Shown one piece after another: positions 1 to 7,705 of a DNA stretch of 49,244 nucleotides. The notes below the pieces were generated by a model that saw nothing but the letters and a program-made list of their open reading frames with translations, was not told where the DNA came from and did no database searches. The DNA is from a virus (lineage: Duplodnaviria; Caudoviricetes): positions 1 through 49,244 of the IMG/VR virus record IMGVR_UViG_3300033407_000029, one strand, 5' to 3'. Every line of letters begins with the position of its first letter. Positions within the stretch are counted from its first letter, which is position 1. Made by a program: the position numbers and the translations under genes.

Positions 1-149
1 GCACGGTCACTACCCCGATGTTTGCGCACAATAGTAACAGGCTGGTATTGAGCATTGCATTTTTGCGTCCTGTTAAGTAAAACCCGCCACCGAGAAAGGG
101 AAGTCGTAGAGAGGCAAGCATTACGGCTTAAAGAACAAGGGGCCAATAG
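1..149. repeat. Terminal direct repeat, left copy (circular assembly overlap)
   Basis: 1-149 equals 49096-49244 except at positions 14 and 23. Confidence 0.95.
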
Positions 150-375
150 CACATGAAAGCTCCACACTGGTCAGCCCGAGTGCGCCACCAAGCAACCATC
201 GGTGCTTGCCGTACCAATAGCCGCCCAGCATGATACCAACTACGATGTGCGCCATTGCTTCATAACTTCCGGTCAAGCTGACGCCATGAGTCGTTACGAA
301 TGGGCGTACAATAGCGATGGCAGTCGCTGAGACTATCACTAAGACATCAACTAGTAGTGCACCATTTATCTTCAT
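121..375 (-). CDS. Small membrane protein (about 3 TM segments)
   Basis: ORF 121..390; likely start MKINGALL at 375 with GGAG upstream; three hydrophobic stretches. Confidence 0.7.
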   Translation of the reverse strand: MKINGALLVDVLVIVSATAIAIVRPFVTTHGVSLTGSYEAMAHIVVGIMLGGYWYGKHRWLLGGALGLTSVELSCAIGPLFFKP

Positions 376-403
376 ATCATTTCTCTCCAATCAGTCCCGC
401 TAA

Positions 404-450
404 GTAAAACCCGCCGTGTCGCTAAGGAGGCCGGAACGCGACACGACGGG
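404..450 (-). terminator. Intrinsic terminator-like hairpin
   Basis: Minus strand CCCGTCGTGTCGC...GCGACACGGCGGG (13 bp, one G-U) followed by TTTTAC. Confidence 0.6.
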
Positions 451-506
451 AACACCCCGACAAGGGTATTGGAGAGCCCTCCCGTGTGGCCCTCATACGG
501 CTGCAA

Positions 507-899
507 CTACTCCTGATGCGCACCAAGACTTGCCGAACCGTGACTCTCGACCAGATAGCGACCTTGCGCGCCACGGTGAGTAACAAGCTCGCCTTGCACG
601 CTGCGGTTGAATTTCCGCTGTTCTCGGTTCGCCTTCATCCGAGAGCCGATCGTCGGTCGCAGCTTGAGCACCGACTGCTCTCGCTCGGCATAGAGCACAT
701 TCGTTTCGGCGTAATGCACGACCAAGGGTTCGATTGGGACGTATTCACGCTCGACAATCGCATAAGATTGCGGCGCGACAGCATACTCACGAACTCGCGT
801 CTTTTCCTTGCTCTTTGTAGTCGTCGAATAGCCGGCCTCGACTATGGTGGCGAACAGCATCGCACCCACGAGGGCGCAAGCGGTGATGAAACTTTTCAT
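507..899 (-). CDS. Exported hypothetical protein
   Basis: Signal peptide MKSFITACALVGAMLFATIVEA; AAAGGA SD. Confidence 0.75.
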   Translation of the reverse strand: MKSFITACALVGAMLFATIVEAGYSTTTKSKEKTRVREYAVAPQSYAIVEREYVPIEPLVVHYAETNVLYAEREQSVLKLRPTIGSRMKANREQRKFNRSVQGELVTHRGAQGRYLVESHGSASLGAHQE

Positions 900-911
900 G
901 GTGGTTTCCTT

Positions 912-986
912 TCAGAAAACATCGGGGGAGAAAAAAGACAGCGCGCTCAACGCCACTAGGGCCAGAGCCGCCAAAATCGCTAACAC
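912..986 (-). CDS. Hydrophobic mini-peptide (24 aa; 32 aa if ATG 1010 is used)
   Basis: GTG at 986 after AAAGGA; MLAILAALALVALSALSFFSPDVF; stop abuts the SD of the next gene; below the ORF-track cutoff. Confidence 0.45.
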   Translation of the reverse strand: MLAILAALALVALSALSFFSPDVF

Positions 987-1029
987 GTTTTCCTTTCGTT
1001 CAATGGTCATGTGTCAATAGGACCGGATT

Positions 1030-1734
1030 TTACTCGCCGAGTTCGCAGTCCTCGCACTGGCTCGCCTCTTCGGTGGTTTCCGCGACGGTAGGCGACAACG
1101 ATGCAGCATGCGCCTTGTCGTCTATTAACGCTTTACGCGAGGTATTACGTTTAATGGCCGCCGCCTTTCGCTGAGCTTCTAGCAATAGATCGCGAGCGTC
1201 GAGTGCTGCTTTACGATTGATCGCTTCGATCTTGCGAGCGATAATCGCGTCCTCGTAAGCTGATTTTTTAGCTAACTCGTCAGACTGGGCAGCCGATAAA
1301 GCTGCACCGTCATCGTCGTCAATGGACTCTGCGCCTACCGGCACGTCGGAGGTCTCGGCGGACAACGAGGCTCCGCACCCGTCGCAGATTCCGTCTCCGT
1401 TGGCGTCGACGTGTTGCGCTCTGACGGTCGTGGGCGGGGCTGCGACGATGGCTCCGGTACCGGGGTCGATGTAACCGGGTCGACCTCCAAACTCTTCTCG
1501 GGTGACAGGACCGGCTCCGGGACCGGGAACGCAGGGCTGGCCGGTGCGGTCGTCGAGTCCGTCTCCGTCGGCGTCGACGCATTGGGTGCGTGGCACGCTG
1601 GTGGGGATTTGGACTCGGGCGGCTTTGCGAGCGGCGCGTCGCTTGAACAACTGCGCGTCAGCATCGCCAGGAAAGATCAGCACCGCACCAAGGGCGGCGG
1701 CAAACAGCAGGTAGGCTTTTCTGTTAGTGAGCAT
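1030..1734 (-). CDS. Exported protein with DxDxDG Ca-binding-like motifs and a C-terminal coiled coil
   Basis: Signal peptide; DADGDGLDD and HVDANGDGICDGCG; AAGGAG SD. Confidence 0.75.
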   Translation of the reverse strand: MLTNRKAYLLFAAALGAVLIFPGDADAQLFKRRAARKAARVQIPTSVPRTQCVDADGDGLDDRTGQPCVPGPGAGPVTREEFGGRPGYIDPGTGAIVAAPPTTVRAQHVDANGDGICDGCGASLSAETSDVPVGAESIDDDDGAALSAAQSDELAKKSAYEDAIIARKIEAINRKAALDARDLLLEAQRKAAAIKRNTSRKALIDDKAHAASLSPTVAETTEEASQCEDCELGE

Positions 1735-1749
1735 GACTTCTCCTTGTGG

Positions 1750-2244
1750 TTAGCGGCGACGAAACACTCGACGCAGTAGGCCAACTCGTTTTGTGATCTG
1801 TGATCGTGAACCTGTTTTCATTGCACTTAGACTTGTACCTTTCGATATTTCAATGACGTAGTAGGTGCTTTGGCCGTTAGAGGCAGCGGCTGCGCCTGCC
1901 ATACCACCAGCGGTCCATGTCGGCGCAATTCCAGGACCCCGAGATTTCGGAAAGTGGTAACAAGAATGAAAGTCTCTGCCATAGGGGTCTGAACCGCTCT
2001 GATAGCCAATCCCCTCCCACGTGCCGCCATACATCTGTCCGAAGTGGCATTGATTCTTTCTGGGATCGGTCCGCGCCATTTCCTGCGCCTTAGACTCAGC
2101 CAAGGCCGTTAGTTCAGAGCTATATGTGAACGGCGGGAGCCCATTATTAACACGTCTCAGATTAACAGCATTAAAATCGTGGATGTCCGCCCAGCACGGA
2201 GCGGCCAGCAGCACGAGAGCCAGCGATAGGATCGGGCGGGTCAT
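1750..2244 (-). CDS. Secreted CAP/SCP-domain-like protein
   Basis: Signal peptide; VNLRRVNNGLPPFTYSSELTALAESKAQEMA..H...EGIG pattern; C-terminal RVGLLRRVFRRR. Confidence 0.7.
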   Translation of the reverse strand: MTRPILSLALVLLAAPCWADIHDFNAVNLRRVNNGLPPFTYSSELTALAESKAQEMARTDPRKNQCHFGQMYGGTWEGIGYQSGSDPYGRDFHSCYHFPKSRGPGIAPTWTAGGMAGAAAASNGQSTYYVIEISKGTSLSAMKTGSRSQITKRVGLLRRVFRRR

Positions 2245-2459
2245 GGCGTTCCCTTCGACGTTCTGCCGGTCACGAGGTCCAGAGCCGAGTCCGCGTGAGC
2301 TTGAATCGCTTGAGCGTACTCGGAAATCTCGGACACTTCTTTCTCAGTCATCGTGTCGCCACGGTTTATCACGGCGGCGAACACGGCCTTGCAGCGGTGG
2401 CAGTAGGTCTCGATATCGAGCACGTTTTCATTCGCGGCGGTGACTTGGCTTGGGTTCAT
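2241..2459 (-). CDS. Hypothetical protein
   Basis: 72 aa; 4-bp overlaps with both neighbours. Confidence 0.65.
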   Translation of the reverse strand: MNPSQVTAANENVLDIETYCHRCKAVFAAVINRGDTMTEKEVSEISEYAQAIQAHADSALDLVTGRTSKGTP

Positions 2460-3514
2460 GGCGACAGTTGATACTCCGCTTGCTTGCCTCCAATCAGCAC
2501 TGTAATCGTCGGCGGTAGTTCGCAGTTGGGATCGGTCGGTGGCGTTACGGTCGTCAACCCTTCGTAGAACAGCCGATCGCAGTCGGGGAAGCCACGACCA
2601 TAAGAGGGATCGCGGCCAGGCTCACCTAAATCGTTGGTGAAATTTTCGAGCTTGAGAAGTTCCTCATCGGTGTTAGTCGTAATCCGGCCAGTGTGCTTCA
2701 GCTCAGCAGACAAGCGGTTCAAGGCAATGCCGCAGATAAACGGGGTCGCCATGCTAGTGCCGCTAAATTCGGCATACCTTCCACCAGGGATTGATGAATA
2801 AACATTCACTCCCGATCCGACCGCATCGCAGAACTTTCCCTTGTTTGAGAAGTAGGCGAGCACCCGCGCGCGGTCGACAGCTCCAATTCCTACGCCGTGC
2901 TGCGCTGGGTATCCCACCTCGCTGGCTCCCTCGTTGCCAGTGGCGATAAATACCAGACAACCGCGCTGTTTGGCGAAGTACACCGCGTCGCGCGTCTCGG
3001 GATCGTCTATCGCGCCGCCCAGCGAAATGTTCATCACGTTTGGCGGCGGTTCTTGGCGAGCAGCCCATTTGATGCCCGCGGAGACTGCGCTGTTGGGTCC
3101 GCTGCCATTAGCCCTGAGCACCTTGGCGATAATCAAGTCGTCGCAGGCTGGCGCCATGCCGACGTTTAGTCCCGCGCCGATGCCAACTACATGGGAGCCG
3201 TGATCGTTGTCGTCGGACCAGTTTTCTGTACGGCGGCCGACAAAATTCTTTCCGACGATTTTCTTTCCCTTAAACTCAGGGTGATCGGCGTCAAGACCCG
3301 TATCGACAATCGCCCAGCGCGTTCCCTTCCCCGCACCGGTATGTTTCCAATGTCGGGGCATATCGAGATCGGCGACGTGCCACGGGAGCGCCTTGATCCG
3401 AACATCGCTGGGCGCTTCGCGGTAGACATAGGGCAACTGAACTATGCCATCCGGGTCGGCCATCGCGGTGAGCGGGGCGAGTGCGAGCAGTAGGCAAGCG
3501 AAGAATCTCATCAT
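2456..3514 (-). CDS. Secreted subtilisin-family (S8) serine protease
   Basis: IVDTG (Asp), DHGSHVVG (His), ATGNEG (oxyanion Asn), SGTSMATP (Ser); signal peptide. Confidence 0.93.
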   Translation of the reverse strand: MMRFFACLLLALAPLTAMADPDGIVQLPYVYREAPSDVRIKALPWHVADLDMPRHWKHTGAGKGTRWAIVDTGLDADHPEFKGKKIVGKNFVGRRTENWSDDNDHGSHVVGIGAGLNVGMAPACDDLIIAKVLRANGSGPNSAVSAGIKWAARQEPPPNVMNISLGGAIDDPETRDAVYFAKQRGCLVFIATGNEGASEVGYPAQHGVGIGAVDRARVLAYFSNKGKFCDAVGSGVNVYSSIPGGRYAEFSGTSMATPFICGIALNRLSAELKHTGRITTNTDEELLKLENFTNDLGEPGRDPSYGRGFPDCDRLFYEGLTTVTPPTDPNCELPPTITVLIGGKQAEYQLSP

Positions 3515-4080
3515 GCCACCTTTTTCTCAGGGCAAGCAACCGCCAGGGCCTTCGCCCAGACTTCCGGGTGCTCGTCGATCTCGTCGTGAGGTACGTTGAG
3601 CGTATGTTCGGTGAACTGCCGAACTCTCCCGGGATCGATGTCGTGACCGCAAGGCGTCGATCGCTTCTGACGCCAGGCGTAACACGCGCCGACGTTCGCT
3701 GGCAAGTCAATCTTCCAACGGCGCATCAGCGACGTGAGCGACGGCAGCCAAGCCAGCGGACGCCATACGGCGTCGATCAAAAGCAGCGTCTCTACCGGCA
3801 CGTTCAGACCTTCCAGTTCGCGGGCGATCAACACAGCGGTCCAGCCGCCGTAACTAAATCCAATCAGCACTACTCTCGGCTGGTGACCGACTGGGCGACG
3901 ATTGAAAATTCGTCTCGCAATGGCCTTCGGCGAATCCCTCCAACTCATTCTCGGCACGCGGGTAAACTCACAAGTGCATTGCCGAAACACTGCATCCTGA
4001 ATCTCGTCGATACCGTGACGGCCCGGCTCGTCTTGACCAAGCCCGCCAACGCACACAATCCATCGCTCTACGGGAAGCAT
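3511..4080 (-). CDS. Alpha/beta hydrolase fold protein
   Basis: GFSYG nucleophile elbow, LLIDAV, VPHDEID; likely start MLPVERW at 4080. Confidence 0.8.
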   Translation of the reverse strand: MLPVERWIVCVGGLGQDEPGRHGIDEIQDAVFRQCTCEFTRVPRMSWRDSPKAIARRIFNRRPVGHQPRVVLIGFSYGGWTAVLIARELEGLNVPVETLLLIDAVWRPLAWLPSLTSLMRRWKIDLPANVGACYAWRQKRSTPCGHDIDPGRVRQFTEHTLNVPHDEIDEHPEVWAKALAVACPEKKVA

Positions 4081-4088
4081 CGGTTCTC

Positions 4089-4751
4089 CTACGCGGCGCG
4101 GTTCATTTTCACCAATGCAAAGTGATTTCCGTCGGCGGCCTTGACCCCCACGACCGCGTAGCCGTCGTGCAACGGAACGACCTGCCACGACCCGACCGGC
4201 GGGTTCATCCCCTCGAATAATGCGAGAATTTTCTTGATAGCTTCAATGATCTCGTCGATATTCGTGATGAACCAAGTCATCCAGTCGTTGAACTTGTTGC
4301 CCGTGTCAGGCATCGGCTCAAGGGCCGTGCCCAACTCGTCGTCAATCTGCCACGATAGGATGTCGATGTTGTAGTCGCTGGCCAGGAATCGTCGCAGCAG
4401 CCCTCTCCGTTCCTTGATAACCGCTCTCTGCGCTTCTGCGCCGCGACGAGGCAGTTCCGCCTCGAACTGAGCAAGCTTCTGTTCGTACCTGCCGAGCGTG
4501 CCGCGCAGCAGTCTCAGGTCTGTCGGAACGCGATTGAGAAGAGCACCCCCGACGGCTGGCTCAGGCTCAGGCTCGGCTTGAGCTTGGGTCTCGCCATCAG
4601 GCCATCGATGTGACTGGTGGGCTAACTGCACTTCGGGAGCTGACGCCGGCGCGGTGTCCAGGAGCACGTAGCGTTTTACGACCGGGCGCGCTTCGACAGC
4701 GACAGCGCCTAACAATGCAACGGCGAGCAGGGCAAGCAAGATTTTCTTCAT
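4089..4751 (-). CDS. Exported hypothetical protein, first large gene of the putative late operon
   Basis: Signal peptide MKKILLALLAVALLGAVAVEA; RRGLLRRFL motif; amphipathic C-terminal helix. Confidence 0.75.
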   Translation of the reverse strand: MKKILLALLAVALLGAVAVEARPVVKRYVLLDTAPASAPEVQLAHQSHRWPDGETQAQAEPEPEPAVGGALLNRVPTDLRLLRGTLGRYEQKLAQFEAELPRRGAEAQRAVIKERRGLLRRFLASDYNIDILSWQIDDELGTALEPMPDTGNKFNDWMTWFITNIDEIIEAIKKILALFEGMNPPVGSWQVVPLHDGYAVVGVKAADGNHFALVKMNRAA

Positions 4752-4842
4752 GGTATCTTTCCTTTCAGAACAAAATGTACGACCGCACCGCGTCGGCTAG
4801 TGCTGCTATCAGGTGTAAGGCGTTGATGGCTTTCATCGTGTT

Positions 4843-5305
4843 AAAACCCCGCCGCGCGTCTGGAGGCTGCCTCGTGGCTACGGTGCGAACCTATGGGCTG
4901 TGAGTAGCGACGCGCTGCGGGGGTGGCGGCAGGGGAAATCTGAATCACTTCTCCACTCGCGGTGTAGAGGCTCGTGGCGGACGGCGGCAACGCGCCGAAG
5001 TCGTGGCGATGACGGCAGCGGCGGTGCATCCCGCCTACTTTTTTCTGTCTGTTTTTCTGTCGGCGTTTTTTGTACATGGCGCAAAGCAAAGGCACGCAGC
5101 GCTCACCGCCGAAGCGGAAAGCAATGCGTGCCTTTGGGGCAGCCCTAGAGGGGACTCAAATTGTCAAAGTGCACTCAGATTACGCGCTGAGTGCGCCTCG
5201 TGACTTACCTCCGACGCCGTTAAGGAAACGCCTGTTGAGCGATAACGCTCCCGTTTCCGAGGGGCCGGTCAACCACATCTGAAGATGCTGTCCACTACGT
5301 AAGTC
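4843..5305 (-). ncRNA. Putative structured leader RNA of the late operon
   Basis: Several stems: 4847-60/4909-22, 5087-98/5125-36 enclosing a C(UUCG)G loop, 5171-78/5187-94, 5224-30/5252-58. Confidence 0.5.
5156..5172 (-). promoter_or_regulatory. boxA-like Nus antitermination site
   Basis: Minus strand GCACTTTGACAATTTGA resembles rrn boxA (TGCTCTTTAACAATTT) and follows a hairpin. Confidence 0.55.
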
Positions 5306-5528
5306 GGCAGTCTGTGTCACACCCGCCATTATTATCAAGTTCGGCCGGGAAAGTCAACCTCGATGTCGGCCCGCCAATCCCCCCTATTTTCAGCGTTACA
5401 CTGTCACGGTCGTGGCACAGCACCTCCAGCCAGATATGGAAGCGCGGCACAGGGACTCGAGGGGCCACGCCCTTGCGATCGAAGCTCAATCGCACGCAGT
5501 CCGGCTGTGGCTGCTCTGTCGCTTCCAT
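5295..5528 (-). CDS. Hypothetical protein
   Basis: 77 aa; AGGAG SD. Confidence 0.6.
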   Translation of the reverse strand: MEATEQPQPDCVRLSFDRKGVAPRVPVPRFHIWLEVLCHDRDSVTLKIGGIGGPTSRLTFPAELDNNGGCDTDCRLT

Positions 5529-5559
5529 GCTGTCTGACTCCTATACCGAGCGGACTGGG

Positions 5560-5805
5560 CTACTCGTCAGGATGCACTTCGCACATTGCGGCAAAGCGAA
5601 AACCGGCTTCACGCAGTTCAGACTTGGCGCGCTCCAAATCTACTTCGTTGGCAAACCTCAACTGAACATCGCGGACATAACAAGCCATTCCGCAGCCAGC
5701 GCTAACTATCTTCGAGCCAGCCAATTCTTCAATCTCGTCGTCACGAAAGACAAATGAGTTTTCATCTTTCTGTAGGTCATAATAAACTGATAATTCGTAT
5801 GTCAT
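5560..5805 (-). CDS. Hypothetical acidic protein
   Basis: ORF 5560..5817; likely start MTYEL at 5805 (TGATG overlap with an upstream 12-codon ORF). Confidence 0.65.
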   Translation of the reverse strand: MTYELSVYYDLQKDENSFVFRDDEIEELAGSKIVSAGCGMACYVRDVQLRFANEVDLERAKSELREAGFRFAAMCEVHPDE

Positions 5806-5875
5806 CACTTTCTCCATGTCTGTCGGTGTTTTGATGCTTCCATGCTGTCGGCTCTCCTAGTGCCGAGGGGCGGGG

Positions 5876-5995
5876 TTACTCGGCGTCTTCTTCCCAATCG
5901 TCATCCCAGTCGTCCTCGTAATCGCAGTCGTCGTAGTCGTTGTCGTAGTCGCTTTCATCGAAATCGTCGTCGTCATCTATCCAGTTGTCTTCCAT
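5876..5995 (-). CDS. 39-aa hyperacidic peptide
   Basis: MEDNWIDDDDDFDESDYDNDYDDCDYEDDWDDDWEEDAE; purine-rich SD region; absent from the ORF track (<60 aa). Confidence 0.7.
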   Translation of the reverse strand: MEDNWIDDDDDFDESDYDNDYDDCDYEDDWDDDWEEDAE

Positions 5996-6027
5996 CGTCT
6001 CTCACTTTCTCCGCGCTGGGGCGGGCA

Positions 6028-6246
6028 TTATTCCGGTGGCTTACGGCGGGGCTCCTTGTCGCCCAATTCTTCCAGCGCCGCCGCGATCGCTTTTTTGAAT
6101 GTGTCAGCCGTCTTGATGATTATGGGATAGCGATAGAGCCCATTGTGCGGGAAGATTCGGCACTCTCTGTCACCGATGCGAGAGCGACCGATCGACCAGC
6201 AATAACCACGTCGTTCGATTGCTACGAGTTCCGTCATGTCGATCAT
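6028..6246 (-). CDS. Hypothetical protein
   Basis: 72 aa; in operon, GAGGGGG SD. Confidence 0.65.
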   Translation of the reverse strand: MIDMTELVAIERRGYCWSIGRSRIGDRECRIFPHNGLYRYPIIIKTADTFKKAIAAALEELGDKEPRRKPPE

Positions 6247-6250
6247 GGTG

Positions 6251-6571
6251 CTAACCGTCCCCCTCAGTGTGACGACCTAGGTTACTAATCAGGCTTGTGT
6301 TGATCGCGAGTAGTTTGGCGTTCAGGGCGGCCGTCTGTTCGCTCTCCAGCTTCGCCACTTGCTGCACCAGTACGGCGTTTTCTTCCATAAGGTCTTTCAG
6401 CACCCGGCGCAGGTCGGCGAACGTCACCGGGCGGTCCGGCCAGCCTGGCATCGGGAGGGAGTGATAGGTGCATGGGCGGGCTGGGTCCGCGCTATAGCAG
6501 CTACGACGATAAACATCAAATGGAGCGCCATCAATCGCGGCGAGAATTTCTTGGGCAGTTGGCTCAGTCAT
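6251..6571 (-). CDS. Hypothetical protein with C-terminal coiled coil
   Basis: Likely start MTEPT at 6571 overlapping the upstream stop. Confidence 0.65.
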   Translation of the reverse strand: MTEPTAQEILAAIDGAPFDVYRRSCYSADPARPCTYHSLPMPGWPDRPVTFADLRRVLKDLMEENAVLVQQVAKLESEQTAALNAKLLAINTSLISNLGRHTEGDG

Positions 6572-6861
6572 TGGTTTTCTTTCCGCAGACGATCTAATTC
6601 GTGGTCCATTATGACACCGTGCAAGTGTTCGTGTTCGGCTAGTAGTTCGGGCAGGTGAAGTTCCATCGCCGCGTCCCACCCAGCGAGAAAGTCATGGAAC
6701 GGGCTGCCCTTGATGACGCGCCCAATAATACGTTCCACTACATGAATTGCCTCCACATGCTTATTGGCGGCGTCAGTACGACAGTCTGGTGGGAGCCGCT
6801 GGAGAAGCTTTTCGCGAAATCGTTTTTTCTGATCGTCGTTCATGGCAGTGGGCTCACGCAT
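6568..6861 (-). CDS. Hypothetical protein
   Basis: 97 aa; tightly packed operon. Confidence 0.6.
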   Translation of the reverse strand: MREPTAMNDDQKKRFREKLLQRLPPDCRTDAANKHVEAIHVVERIIGRVIKGSPFHDFLAGWDAAMELHLPELLAEHEHLHGVIMDHELDRLRKENQ

Positions 6862-7081
6862 GGTCGGCCTCCTCTAACTCTCGCACGCGATTTGTGAGGT
6901 CAGCGATGACATCACAGCCTGGACCCTTGTAGGTCACTCCTTCAGGCGCGTAGTCAAACCAGATTTCTGTACCGCACGCAAAATAGACGCGGAGCCGGAC
7001 GCCAGCACAGTAGAGAACGCCATATTCGTCAGCTCCGCAGCGCTGGCACTTTTCAAGGTTGATTGCGGTTTCTTCTGCCAT
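6854..7081 (-). CDS. Small Cys-containing (zinc-ribbon-like) protein
   Basis: CQRC...FACGT...C pattern; AGGAG SD. Confidence 0.6.
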   Translation of the reverse strand: MAEETAINLEKCQRCGADEYGVLYCAGVRLRVYFACGTEIWFDYAPEGVTYKGPGCDVIADLTNRVRELEEADHA

Positions 7082-7087
7082 GACTAT

Positions 7088-7300
7088 TCACAACTCCTGC
7101 CGGTTCCCTGCGAACGTCTCCAGCAGCGCGGTCCGCTTTCGGCGAAGGGCAATCAACAGGCCCATCGCCCACGCCTTGCCTATGTAGTCATTTGCCAACT
7201 CAGCACAAAAAAACTCGTCCTCATATTGTGAAATCTCGATATCAAGTTCCGCCAGCCGCTGCATCGCCGCGGCTCGCTGCTCTGTGGTCATCTCACTCAA
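7088..7300 (-). CDS. Hypothetical helical protein
   Basis: 70 aa; packed operon. Confidence 0.6.
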   Translation of the reverse strand: MSEMTTEQRAAAMQRLAELDIEISQYEDEFFCAELANDYIGKAWAMGLLIALRRKRTALLETFAGNRQEL

Positions 7301-7481
7301 CTCCCTTCGGAATCAAGACAGTAAACGTCCGGGCACAGGCCCAGCACTCGTCAACGTGCGTTCTCGACTTCACCGCCAGATTCACCTGCCCGCACTCGCA
7401 GCGCCAGTGCCACGACCGGTGGGCGCGCAAAGCTGGCGGCGGTTGTTTGCACTCTTCGGCATCTGGCTGTTTGGTTTTCAT
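7293..7481 (-). CDS. Zinc-ribbon protein
   Basis: Start MKTKQ at 7481; WRCECG...CWAC. Confidence 0.6.
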   Translation of the reverse strand: MKTKQPDAEECKQPPPALRAHRSWHWRCECGQVNLAVKSRTHVDECWACARTFTVLIPKGVE

Positions 7482-7705
7482 CGTGGCGGAAACTCCGGGG
7501 GCGACGTGCAGGGAATGAATCTGGCGACTTCCATGCAGCCGCGCGTGTAGCAATTCCGGCCGTCGCACTGCTGGACACATTCCTCGCCGTCGATTACTAC
7601 AAGTGTCACCAAGGCAACGAAGGCTTTGCGCTTCGGCTTGTACTGCATCCACCAGTATTTGTGTTTTGCGGTGGGCCAGTCGTAAACTTTCATTTTGTGC
7701 CTCAA
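7478..7705 (-). CDS. Hypothetical protein
   Basis: 75 aa; WPT...YWW motif; 4-bp overlaps. Confidence 0.55.
   Translation of the reverse strand: MRHKMKVYDWPTAKHKYWWMQYKPKRKAFVALVTLVVIDGEECVQQCDGRNCYTRGCMEVARFIPCTSPPEFPPR

Noticed and set aside
5842-6288. Arg-rich plus-strand ORF (protamine-like)
   Set aside because: It is the reverse complement of the Asp-rich peptide gene (GAC/GAT codons read as CGT/TCG repeats)
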